From Eledone cirrhosa (lineage: Eukaryota), in NCBI GenBank assembly GCA_964016885.1, contig OZ024741.1, positions 98,766,001 through 98,830,000 on the forward strand: a stretch of DNA of 64,000 bases, written 5' to 3'. Both the position numbers and the translations under genes were made by a program. How positions within the stretch are numbered: the first letter of the stretch is position 1; each line of letters opens with the position of its first letter. This document shows positions 33,277 through 45,035 of this stretch, piece by piece. Below the pieces are notes generated by a model, which was not told the DNA's origin, searched no databases, and saw only the letters and a list, made by a program, of their open reading frames with translations.

Positions 33277-33427
33277 GGATACTATTTATGGTTATGTATA
33301 TACTAAAACTTTTTATAGTTATATATATTTTAAACCCTAAACAGTGAAGGTCAGTAATTTATTACTACCTTATTACCAGTAATATAAATAGCTTAATGTA
33401 ATAACATCAGTTGTTCTACAGAGCAGT

Positions 33428-34606
33428 TATATAGAATTCACAAGAATCAAAGCTGTGTTCAAAGCATTTATTAACTTACAATTGTTTCATCCAAACCTAG
33501 GCTTGGTTTCTTCGGAGCATTTTTCAATGTTTGTACACATGATTGACCTCCTTTCCAACGCAAGAGACATACAGATACATATGTATATATTGATGTACAG
33601 TGGAGTGACATATATTATATTATATTTCTGTATAGCAATTCAAATTCAAAATCAAAATCACATTAAAACAAAATCAAAGCAAAATTAAAATACAGTCGGC
33701 AGTTAACATAGATAATGCAAGAGGATAGTTTGTTAGTCAGATGTAGTAGTTATTTTAGTTATTTTATGCCTTAGTTACACGTGGGGCATGCACGTGTGTC
33801 TCATTTATATATGATTATTGTGCGGCAGGGTGTTACATGAAATAGAAGCACTTAAAGCGGATAAGTAAGAGTATTATGGAGGTTGTAGTGGTAAGGTATT
33901 TTTTTGTATATGATACAGAAGTATGCGTGCAGAAAAATAGTATAGAGGAGAAGCAAAAGAAAGTTATGGTTTTTGTATCCACAACCATTTTCACATTCAA
34001 GAAACGTAATATATAGTTTATACATCCTTCACATAATTAACGATGATTTCGTTTCTTGAATGTGAAAATGGTTGTGGATACAAAAACCATAACTTTCTTT
34101 TGCTTCTCCATTATACTATTTTTCTGCACGCATACTTCTGTATCATATACAAAAAATACCTTACCACGACAACCTCCATAATACTCTTACTTACCCGCTT
34201 TAAGTGCTTCTATTACATGTAACACCCTGCCGCACAATAATCATATATAAATGAGACGCACGTGTAACTAAAGCATAGAATAACTAAAATAACTACTACA
34301 TCTGACTAACAAACTATCCTCTTGCATTATCTATGTTAACTGCCGATTGCATTTTAATTTTGCTCTGATTTTGTTTAAATGTGATTTTGATTTTGAATTT
34401 GAATTGCTATACAGAAATATAATATAATATATGTCACTCCACTGTACATCAATATATACACATGTATCTGTATGTCTCTTGCGTTGGAAAGGAGGTCAAT
34501 CATGTGTACAAACATTGAAAAATGCTCCGAAGAAACCAAGCCTAGGTTTGGATGCAACAATTGTAAGTGAATAAATGTGCTTTGAACACAGCTTTGATTC
34601 TTGTGA

Positions 34607-34615
<9 letters not shown>
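33428..34615. mobile_element. ~1.2-kb fold-back PLE fragment
   Basis: 33428-~34007 is the reverse complement of ~34049-34615. HHR at 33474-33518 (-) and a mutated copy at ~34524-34568 (+). Confidence 0.85.
33474..33518 (-). ncRNA. Type I hammerhead, core CCGAAGA (U4C)
   Basis: GCT-CCGAAGA-AA CCAAGC ctag GTTTGG AT-GAA-ACAATTGT-A-AGT. Confidence 0.65.
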
Positions 34616-34646
<31 letters not shown>

Positions 34647-34729
34647 AGTCCTAATATGGAAATAAAAAATGTAATTATACAAACCAATTCAGGTAAAACC
34701 TAGGAAGTGCTAGTTACCTGCTGAGGTAA

Positions 34730-35580
34730 TTAATCATGGTGTGAATATGAGGGCTGGTCTTATAAGCTCACTGATCGTCACCGTGTGGAATTGTTCGCCG
34801 GTTCCACAAGATTGAGGAAACGGTTCAGAGTCAAGTATTAGGAACTTTCGTGGTATTATATTTCTGGTTACTGGTGAGATGATATTCGTCAGATTCTTAC
34901 TGAATCGGCTGCAAAAGCATATACAGTGTATCCCCCGCATTCGCGGTCCCGGTTATTCGCGGAATTTTCCTTAGAACCTAACAAATAATTGTTCGTGGAA
35001 ATCACCGCATATTCGTGAAATCGTAAATACCTCCCGCAATTTTTTTTATGGCTTTTTTTTGTGGCAATATGTATTTATTCACGCCTATTAACGCTAAATT
35101 ATTTATAATAATATACCGTATTTTCTGGCCTATATTTTACGTTATGTTTTGAAGTTTATAGGTATTTTATGGACCACGTCTAATATTCGCGGTTTTACAC
35201 TCTTCGTCGGTGCTCTAGGAACGTAACTCCCGCGGATATGTATATCATATTGTCTCAATATGGATTAAAATCTGGTAGAGGAAGCACAGGTAAGATCTTA
35301 GAAATCAGATAGCTACAGAAGGGCACAGAGCAAGGATTGCCCTTTATCAGGTATTTGTTGATCTAACAATAAACTTTGATACGATAAACAAATATACACA
35401 GTCGAAACTGTTGGAGAAGTAGGGCTTCCCACCTGAGGTTGTCAGTATATTTTTCCAGATTCTTGCATATATGAAGCACTACTTGAAATTTATTATCGAA
35501 AGCAACCCCTGTAGATAATGGTGTCAGGCAGAGGGTCATGCATGCACTAACCTGGTTTTCAATATACTTCGCAACTGTAG
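34730..35580 (+). pseudogene. RTE/BovB-like LINE reverse transcriptase fragment
   Basis: VPQD…NFRGII…IFVRFLLNRLQKH | insertion | SQYGLKSGRGST…EQGLPLYQVFVDLTINFDTIN…GFPP…NGVRQ…WFSIYF, with stops and frameshifts. Confidence 0.8.
34924..35252. mobile_element. Tigger/pogo-like MITE
   Basis: Left end TA|CAGTGTATCCCCCGCATTCGCGG and degraded right end GGAACGTAACTCCCGCGGATA…TG. Interrupts the RT frame. Confidence 0.65.
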
Positions 35581-35793
35581 TTTTGTATTTCAAGACTATT
35601 ATGTATGTACCGATGTATGTATGTATGTACGTATGCATGTATGTATGTAGGTATGTATGAATTTATGTATGTATGAATGTATGTATATATGTATGTATGC
35701 ATCTTTGTATGTTTGTATATATGTATGCGTACATATATAAATATATAGTGAGGTGGGAATATGAATGTGTTAGTGCGCACATGTATGTATATA

Positions 35794-35837
<44 letters not shown>

Positions 35838-35869
35838 CATATATGCGACCCTCCTAAAGTATAACAATA

Positions 35870-36065
35870 TATATATATCAAAGGTATATATTGAGTTATA
35901 AACTCAAAATAGTCTCTTACAATAAAATAGCTCTAGGAAAGAGATTTTTCCGAGCCGTATATTATAACTGAATATAAAAGAAAAACGAACACAGACATAC
36001 ATATATGTGTTCAAATTCTTTTCACCTTAGCGAATCTGGTCCCTTACGATTTGAACACATATATG
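35870..36065. mobile_element. Dispersed repeat shared with 63360-63530 and ~62955-63025
   Basis: AAAGGTATATATTGAGTTATAAACTCAAAATAGTCTCTTACAATAAAATAG… occurs reverse-complemented at ~63400-63530. (TA)n flanks. Confidence 0.7.
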
Positions 36066-36088
36066 TATATATATATTATATATATATA

Positions 36089-36131
<43 letters not shown>

Positions 36132-36262
36132 ATATTATATATATATATATATATTATATATATTATATATATATATATATATATTATATATACATATATA
36201 TTATATATTATATATATATATATATTATATATATATTATATATATATATAATATATATATAT

Positions 36263-36308
<46 letters not shown>

Positions 36309-36389
36309 ATATATATATATATATATATTATATATTATATATATATATATATTATATATATATTATATATATATATAATATATATATAT

Positions 36390-36431
<42 letters not shown>

Positions 36432-36479
36432 ATATATATATATATATATATTATATATAATATATATATATATATATAT

Positions 36480-36519
<40 letters not shown>

Positions 36520-36650
36520 ATATATATATATTATATATAATATATATATATATATATATATTATATATAATATATATATATATATATTATATATAATATA
36601 TATATATATATTATATATATATATATTATATATAATATATTATATATATA
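36066..36650. repeat. (TA)n array with TT/AA phase-shift interruptions
   Basis: Direct reading of the sequence. Confidence 0.95.
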
Positions 36651-36934
36651 GAAAGAGAGGCGTGAGGTAGAGGGAAGGACAGAAAGAGAGAAAAAGGGAG
36701 CGAGATAGATAGTTAGATTGATTGATTGTTAGATATAGATATATATATATATACAAGTTAAAGGTCACCAAAGTTAATCACCAGCTGAATAAAGATCGAA
36801 GGATGATATTTCAATACCCGTCGTTCATTATCCATCTGGCGATCGCCATTGCCGATATATATATGTATATGTGTGTGTGTGTATGTATATATATATATAT
36901 ATATATACATATATATATACATATACACACACAC

Positions 36935-37001
<67 letters not shown>

Positions 37002-37002
37002 A

Positions 37003-37055
<53 letters not shown>

Positions 37056-37056
37056 A

Positions 37057-37093
<37 letters not shown>

Positions 37094-37669
37094 GATAGAT
37101 ATAGATATATGTGGAATATATAGGAGCTTCATTTGCATAATGGTAAGAAGAGTCGAATCATCTGAGGTAGCCCCATTCTCACTCATTGTTTCAAAGTGGA
37201 GGAGTCGTTATACATTTAGAATGGAATGATTGAGAACTTTCCATGTAGACAGCGTGTAGGCCCTTATTAGTAGCCAATAACAACAACAACATATACCAGA
37301 GGAAGTATATGTGTGTGTTTCTGCGTTTGTGTGTATGTGGGCTTGTTAGGCAAACTGGAAAACATGCCATCCGAACCATGTTCAATAGGCTTTTTGATCG
37401 ATTGTGCACATCCAGCGCGAAGAAAATCGCTTGAACGAATTATTAAGTTCTTCTTCTATATTAATATACATATATATCAGACTATAATAACTTCTAAAAC
37501 GAGTGCTCATTGAGCCTTTTTATGTTTACTACTACCACAAAATACAGAAATATGCATCCAAAATCACCGGGAGAGATGACCCCTTAGCCTTTGTCAAGGC
37601 AGAATTCTAGGAGAAGGAAAACTCTGATATAACACCTGCAACCCTGATGGTTTCAAATGATGTTGACTT

Positions 37670-37972
37670 GTTCTTCTTTTTGGTAAATATCATCTTGGTT
37701 AAGAGAGTGGGACTGGCTTTGTGCAGTGCCTTTGCTCACTATAAAAGCTTCACGGCACAGGCATTGCTTTATATCTGGAGAACTCTCTGCACTTGTCATC
37801 ACATGGTACCATGGGCCCAGCACTATGTGTCAATAATTGTCACAAGTGTAGTGTTTGTACCAGAGTTTTCAAGTTGCCGGCTGGACTAAAAAGTCACACT
37901 CGTTCAGCGCATCGGTAGGGGTTCTCCTACATGGATATAAAGTAGTGGCCGTACTCGAAAACGAGTTGGCAG
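37670..37972 (-). mobile_element. Second copy of the 30565-30866 repeat
   Basis: Pairwise similarity is also visible in the ORF track (FFFLVNIILVKRVGLALCSAFAHY…). Confidence 0.75.
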
Positions 37973-37973
37973 C

Positions 37974-38011
<38 letters not shown>

Positions 38012-38037
38012 CTACTACCACAAAATACAGAAATATG

Positions 38038-38096
<59 letters not shown>

Positions 38097-38122
38097 CTAC
38101 TACCACAAAATACAGAAATATG

Positions 38123-38153
<31 letters not shown>

Positions 38154-38287
38154 GTAGAGGTTATATTTAATTTGTTGGGATACAACAAGCAAAATATTTT
38201 TATAACTGATATAAAGCACTCAACGAATTATTGGAGTAAATATACAATATATTAACAAATGGAAACTATATTTATAAAACTATATTT

Positions 38288-38351
38288 ATTTCATTATACA
38301 TATTTCAAGGGCCACCATAGCAAACTATGGTGCGCTTTCATCAGATAAAAT
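38288..38351 (-). ncRNA. Type I hammerhead (family H)
   Basis: ATTTTAT-CTGATGA-AAGCGC ACCATAG tttg CTATGGT GGCCCTT-GAA-ATATGTAT-A-ATGAAAT, inside an insert ~38157-38930 between (TA)n. Confidence 0.8.
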
Positions 38352-38952
38352 ATAATATAGGTTAGTTTTATAAATAAATATTGACATACCTTTAAAAAAA
38401 TGCAACCATTCTGGTTGGAGTTATTAGATTTATTGTTGGTTTATTATGCAAATTAGTGTTGGAACGGTTTAAAAACAGTATATTTAAATTAAGCCGTTGG
38501 AATAGGGGAAAAAGAGAAAAAAAAAGAGAAAAAACGAAAGAAAGAAAGGAAAAAAAACCTGAGTATATTTAAGTGAGAGAATAGCGTAATTTTGAGAGAA
38601 GGGGCGAAGAAATAAATATAGCGTGGATGAATACCGTAAGATGGATAAACAATAAAAATAAACAATAATAAAGATGGATAAACAATAATAAAGATAAGTT
38701 AGAAAATGTTATCTAATGTTTAATTAATAAATTTGATTAAATGCTTAATTAATAATTTATCAATTCAAACCGTAGTTTAAATGTTTAAATGTGTATGTTA
38801 GATTATTAAAGTTGATACCTATATATATATATAATATATAATTAGAAAATATGTTATTATTACAAAACCATATATAATTTTATTAGTTATAAATTTATAA
38901 TTTTAAAATAATTAATTATTTTAAAAAAAATAAATATATATATATATATATA

Positions 38953-39145
38953 TTTCTGTATTTTGTGGTAGTAGTAAATATATAAATATATATGTGTTGG
39001 TTTACAAAGCTAGTCGAAGAGAATCCGTACAGCACCGGACGTCACTTACTCCCTCAATGATATCATAAGATTTGTACTTTAGAAATACATCAACAGTAAG
39101 ATAAACGGCTACGTGAGGTTAATGATATTTGTACATGTATGTATA
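38953..39145. mobile_element. Dispersed repeat inverted at 45045-45232 (short end also at 37525, 38008, 38093, 45278)
   Basis: Near-identical reverse complement. Shared end TTACTACTACCACAAAATACAGAAATA. Confidence 0.75.
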
Positions 39146-39152
39146 TATATAT

Positions 39153-39738
39153 ATTGTTATACTTTGGGAGGGTCATGTTGCCAATAAGAAACACACTCAC
39201 CAGTTGCTTTCACTTCAATTTATTATAATAAATTTATAAATTTAGGAATTTATAAATTTCTGGTTGGTTGGTTCCACAACCAGATAGTTGTTTTTATATT
39301 GTCAAAGTTCTTTCGTCACACATTCTGTGACCTCTTCAGTGACTGGGGATTCTTTTCTTTGTTTTTGTGCCTCTCCTTTGTTCTGTCCTACGCCATTTTG
39401 TTTGTGTGTGCGTGTGTTGTGTGCTCAGTCTGCGCATGCGCCACATCCGGGTGTCTGTGTGTGTTTATATTTGTTTATTTATTTGTTTATTTACATGTTA
39501 CCGGTTGGTTGTTTGTTCTATGTGTGTGTGTGTTTTCATTTTGTCCTTAATTGTAAGTTGTGATGTTGCTGTTCCAGAAATTTATAAATTCCTAAATTTA
39601 TTATAATAAATTGAAGTGAAAGCAACTGGTGCGTGTGTTTCTTATTGGCAACATGACCCCCCCCCCCCCAAAGTATAACAATATCGGTTTCAACACACGA
39701 TTTCAGATAAAGAATCTTGCTAAACAAATTCAGAAACG

Positions 39739-39740
<2 letters not shown>
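39153..39740. mobile_element. Family B fold-back with HHR at 39301-39343 (-)
   Basis: 39153-39262 is inverted at ~39573-39685. HHR GTCA-CTGAAGA-G-GTCACA…TGTGAC-GAA-AGAACT-T-TGAC. Confidence 0.85.
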
Positions 39741-39774
<34 letters not shown>

Positions 39775-39776
<2 letters not shown>

Positions 39777-40243
39777 TCTACCAGATATTTTGTTTTAGTC
39801 TCATTCATTCTCAGCCCCACACTCATCGACACAGTCTCAACCTCCCGCATCAAATCCTCTGCCTCCTTCACTGTATTTGTCACCAAAACTATGTCGTCGG
39901 CAAATTCAGCATCCGATACCTTTTTTGCCTTAACTCTCCTGCTCTGAGCCGGTGTTACAGTAAAGCCAGAGTCCTGGTGTTTCTCCAGTGCAAGGCGCAT
40001 ACACAGAGGAGACTGAGGTTAGCTGGACATGCTCACCGACATCCAGAGTTGACATTGCACTCAGTGCTCCTGTGGGTGCCCCTACATGGACACACTAGAA
40101 GAGGAAGACCAAGGTTAACGTATGTTGATGCCCTAAGGACAGACACTGGTCTGTTGGAGACGCAGGACATGGCAGCGATAATGAGGGACAGAGACCGTTG
40201 GAGAGAACTCGTCCATGGATCTCGAGAATTTTACCCGCCTTAG
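39775..40243. pseudogene. RTE-clade LINE 3' part with 5' inversion
   Basis: Minus 39775-40000 encodes …VSDAEFADDIVLV…VGLRMNETKTKYL (RT FADD motif). Plus 40001-40243 encodes QRRLRLAGH…LW.P…RRGRPRLTYVD…MRDRDRWR* (RTE C-terminus). Confidence 0.85.
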
Positions 40244-40939
40244 AAAATTTTAGTAAATAAGTTGATTTTTAATTTTTTAAATTTTCTTATTTTACGTCGT
40301 TCATATAATTGTTCTGCATCCCCCTGCATAGAACCACAAAGGTACTAAGACATAACATATATATTTGCTAGCATAGGTGAACATCTGTACACATATGTTG
40401 GTAAATGTACTAATTTTCTATATTTATCTCCAAATTATTTGTTGAGCAAAACTTGCCAAAATTTACTGCTGATTCATGGCAGTAGTAGGCTCTTGTCATA
40501 ATACCACCTAACTGATTAACCTCAGTGTCACGTGATTGATTCTTTAGAATCTGCCACTGACCAGAGGCAGTGAATTTTTTCAGTGCTCCGGAATTTAGTC
40601 CTCGCTAGCTTTATTCCATCCACTGAATTATTATTATTTTTATATGAATTCCTAGTGTCCGCGCATCGCCTGGGAACTTAGCTGAGAATAGACTGCCTGA
40701 TGACGTATGGAATTCTCTATAGTTATATTATGTAACTATATTTATCTCCATACAGAAACTAATTAGTTGGAGTGAAAATTTTAGTAAGTTGATTTTTAAT
40801 TTTTAAAATTTTCTTATTTTACGTCTTTCATATAATTGTTCTGCATCCCCCTGTATAGAACCACAAAGGTACTAAGACATAACATATATATTTGCTAGCA
40901 TAGGTGAACATCTGTACACATATGTTGGTAAATGTACTA

Positions 40940-40945
<6 letters not shown>
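40243..40945 (+). mobile_element. Family C repeat, partial tandem
   Basis: 40243-40420 matches 40775-40945. 40518-40835 matches 44658-44968. Confidence 0.75.
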
Positions 40946-40998
<53 letters not shown>

Positions 40999-41223
40999 AT
41001 ATATATATATATATAATATTTATTAAATAACAGATTAAAGTTTAAGCAAAGAATCGCTGCTTTCACCCTTAACGGGATCTTCTGAAACTAACAAAGTCAA
41101 TCTGTAAACGCAGAACTGGATATACGGGTAATATATACTTACCTATGCAAATAAGTAAAGGAATAAACAAAACATATACTTAGCTCCCACATCAAGACGT
41201 AAAATATCCACGTATAGATCGTA

Positions 41224-42329
41224 CTATCCGTTAGGGTAATACGTTGGGCTGTAATACAGGAAAGTTTTGTGCAATTTATGTTTACAAGCCGAAATTGCCT
41301 CAGATTTTTTGTTTAAGATGTGGTCTGTGGCGTAGAGTATTTCCAGGGCCTCAGCCTGGTCACATGGTCTTTTATTTCCGTTATACGATCTAGCCCTAGC
41401 TAGGATCTCCCAGTGTAACTTATATTGGGTGTGGTTGTCTTTTAGACTCCAGATATAAGCTGAAAGTGACGTCATATTCCTTCTTAGAGGGTAACGAAAA
41501 GAATGGGTATGCATGTAAAGACGCTGCTTGAAACTATTGGCGGTTACCCCTATGTAGGCCCTACGGGACGTGGGTCGAATTGGATAAAACGGCAATGTTC
41601 CTTGTTACGTATGCCGTTGAACCAATCAATCACCGCGAAAGAATTGTTCCACAGTGCGAGAGGGGCCAAACTTCTAATTTCAGGTATAATTCTATCAAGA
41701 ATCGTTTTACTAAGTCTACCTAAATCGGACTTCGTAGGGTTAATAAGCCGAATAGAGGGGTTGTTCGGAAAATGGGATTTGTGATCCTTCAGGGTAAAGT
41801 GGGGAGAAATAGGGTCCAGAGGTTCGGTCCGGTCCAGGATGTTGAGATCAGATGTGATTTTAAACCCAGCGTCGTTGATTTCATTGATGACGCACCGATT
41901 AGTTTTACGGTAATCCTTAGTTACAGCAGTATGTAGTAGTTGATGGTAAGTACTGCGCTCCACTTGATATAGGTTGCCAGTTTTGTCGGAATGGACGTGC
42001 ACGGCGTTAGAATCCTTAATAGAACGAATTCAATTCTTCACGTCTTGCTGGAAGGAATTGCTCCTATTCCGAAATTTGATACTCCGAATGAGTTCCAAGA
42101 CATCATTTTCGAAGGGTAGCAATGCTGGGTTTCACGGGGGGTTATTATAGGTTTTAAATCCAAATTTATCCTGTTTGTTGGCTGCTTTTCGCGGATTATC
42201 GAAATAAAAGGCACGCCAACACAACCTTTTAATGAACGCGTCTGTTTTCTGTATCTGGAGTTTTAGGTATGATTTCCTGCTTGGTACGGGTATGTTCTTT
42301 GTAGAAATATTCAGATGTTGTTTCTGCAT
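41224..42329 (-). pseudogene. PLE polyprotein: N-terminus and start of RT fused to GIY-YIG EN, RT core deleted
   Basis: STKNIPVPS…FIKRLCWRAFYF…DKTGNLY…FTLKDHKSHFPNNPSIRLINPTKSDLGRLSK…VIDWF…FIQFD | PTSRRAYIGVTANSFKQRLYMH…TSLSAYIWSLK…ISACKHK. Confidence 0.92.
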
Positions 42330-43869
42330 GATGAATATAAGTCAGTAGAGTGCTCAACCGAGGGAGCCAAATAGTAATAATAATAAAATTGAAGACTAAA
42401 ATCCAAAGAGGGCTCGATAACGATAAATATATATCAAATATATAAGAACCGTAGAGCAAACATTTATTAAATAACAGATTAAAGTTTAAGCAAAGAATCG
42501 CTGCTTTCACCCTTAACGGGATCTTCTGAAACTAACAAAGTCAATCTGTAAACGCAGAACTGGATATTTCAAAAACGTTGCAACCGGAGGAAGACAGGAA
42601 GACGATACTTTGGTTCGTGGAAACGTTCGCTGGCAAAGAACGGGAAAAAACGAATAATACGTCATTAATAGGAGCGGTGAAAAACAATTACGCGCAAAGA
42701 CAGAACCACGTTTATGGTATAAAAGAGGTCGTAGACTAATGTTCTCTTAGGTGGTGCATAGAGACGTTCTCTGGCAATGAACGAAAAAACGAAGATAATA
42801 AGTCATATGTGGAGCGCGCTGAGGCCCTGGAAATACTCTACGCCACAGACCACATCTTAAACAAAAAATCTGAGGCAATTTCGGCTTGTAAACATAAATT
42901 GCACAAAACTTTCCTGTATTACAGCCCAACGTTATACCCTAACGGATAGTACGATCTATACGTGGATATTTTACGTCTTGATGTGGGAGCTAAGTATATG
43001 TTTTGTTTATTCCTTTACTTATTTGCATAGGTAAGTATATATTACCCGTATGTTTTGTGAAGGTATGTATATTTGATTGTTAGGGAGTATAATTTTTATA
43101 TATTCTGGTATTTAGGGTTTGGCTATGTGTATACGGGAGTTTTGCGTCTGCGTGAGTATGCAGGTTCGTACGTATGGTGGGTGTGTGTATATGTGTACTT
43201 CTTGTTTTAGTTGACTTACGTCTCCGAACATTCGTGTATTTATATGTAGGTATGTGTGTGCGCTTGTTATATACTTATTTACTTATATACGTTTATATAA
43301 TTATTTATTTATTTGTACACAAGCATACACACACACACACACACATATTTATATGTGCGTGGTTTTGTATACCTATGGTAAGGTTTTGCGTATGCTTGTG
43401 TATGTACGTATTTGTTTGCGTGTACGTATTTATTTATTTCTATTACTTCTGTATTGTATTTATTTACTTTGTTGTTAACTCTGTAGCGGAGATTCATTTG
43501 GTCTCCTAGTTAGAATTTAAGTCTACGACTTCTGCTATACCATTTACGTGGTTTTGGTTTTGGTTTTGCGTGCTATTGTTCTCCACGCTCCACATATGAC
43601 TTATTATCTTCGTTTTTTCGTTCATTGCCAGAGAAAGTCTCTATGCACCACTTAAGAGAACATTAGTCTACGACCTCTTTTATACCATAAACGTGGTTCT
43701 GTCTTTGCGCGTAATTGTTTTTCACCGCTCCTATTAATGACGTATTATTCGTTTTTTCTCGTTCTTTGCCAGCGAACGTTTCCACGAACCAAAGTATCGT
43801 CTTCCTGTCTTCCTCCGGTTGCAACGTTTTTTGAAATATCCAGTTCTGCGTTTACAGATTGACTTTGTT

Positions 43870-43920
43870 AGTTTCAGAAGATCCCGTTAAGGGTGAAAGC
43901 AGCGATTCTTTGCTTAAACT
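43870..43920 (+). ncRNA. Type I hammerhead-like motif with core CAGAAGA (family A)
   Basis: AGTTT-CAGAAGA-T CCC gttaa GGG T-GAA-AGCA gcgattctt TGCT-T-AAACT. Also at 41039-41089(-), 42483-42533(-), 57144-57194(-), 57690-57740(+), 29170-29220(-) and 15511-15561(-). Confidence 0.7.
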
Positions 43921-44029
43921 TTAATCTGTTATTTAATAAATATTTGCTCTACGGTTCTTATATATTTGATATATATTTATCCTTATCGAGCCCTCTTTGG
44001 ATTTTAGTCTTCAATTTTATTATTATTAC

Positions 44030-44084
<55 letters not shown>

Positions 44085-44094
44085 TATAATATAT

Positions 44095-44126
<32 letters not shown>

Positions 44127-44130
44127 GAGA

Positions 44131-44968
44131 GAAGAGAATTTAGTATATCTACTAACATATGCGTACAGATGTACGCTAATGCCAGCAAATACACAGGTTA
44201 TGTCATAGTAACTAGGTGGTTCAATGCAGGAGGATGCAGAACAATAATATAAAAGACGTAAAGTAAGAAAATTTTAAAAACTTAAAAAATTAACTTACTT
44301 ACTAAAATTTTCACTCCAACTAATTAGTTTCTGCAATGGGATAAAGACAGTTACGTAATAAACTGTCGAGAATTCATTGCGTCATCGGGAGTCTATTCTC
44401 AGCTAAGTTTCCAGGCAATGCGCGGATACTGGGGACTCGTATAAAAATAATAATAATTCGGTAGATGGAACAGCTAGCGGGGACTGGATTCCATGCACTG
44501 AAAAGCTCGCTGTCTCCGGTCAAATGGCAGATTCTAAAGAATCAATCCCGTGACACTGAGGCTAGTCGGTAGGAGTGGGATGGTAAGATGACAGAAGCCT
44601 ACTAGCACACCAATAAATTAGGCTTCTGTCATCTTACCATCCCACTCCTACCGACTAGCCTCAGTGTCACGTGATTGATTCTTTAGAATCTGCCATTTGA
44701 CCGGAGACAGCGAGCTTTTCAGTGCATGGAATCCAGTCCCCGCTAGATGTTCCATCTACCGAATTATTATTATTTTTATATGAGTCCCCAGTGTCCGCGC
44801 ATTGCCTAGAAACTTAGCTGAGAATAGACTCCCTGATGACGCAATGAATTCTCGACAGTTTATTACGTAACTGTCTTTATCCCACTGCAGAAACTAATTA
44901 GTTTGAGTGAAAATTTTAGTAAGTTAATTTTTTAAGTTTTTTAAAATTTTCTTATTTTACGTCTTTTA
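44131..44968. mobile_element. Family C fold-back
   Basis: ~44248-44601 is the reverse complement of ~44620-44968. Microsatellite flanks. Confidence 0.8.
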
Positions 44969-44982
44969 TATATATATAATAT

Positions 44983-45035
<53 letters not shown>

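Larger units (their letters stand above)
41018..44030. mobile_element. PLE family A: internally deleted ORF between pseudo-LTRs plus inverted 3' copy
   Basis: Terminal repeat 41018-41125, ORF (-) to 42329, terminal repeat 42372-42816, inversion, EN 3' end and UTR (+), terminal repeat to 44030. (TA)n flanks. Confidence 0.9.
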
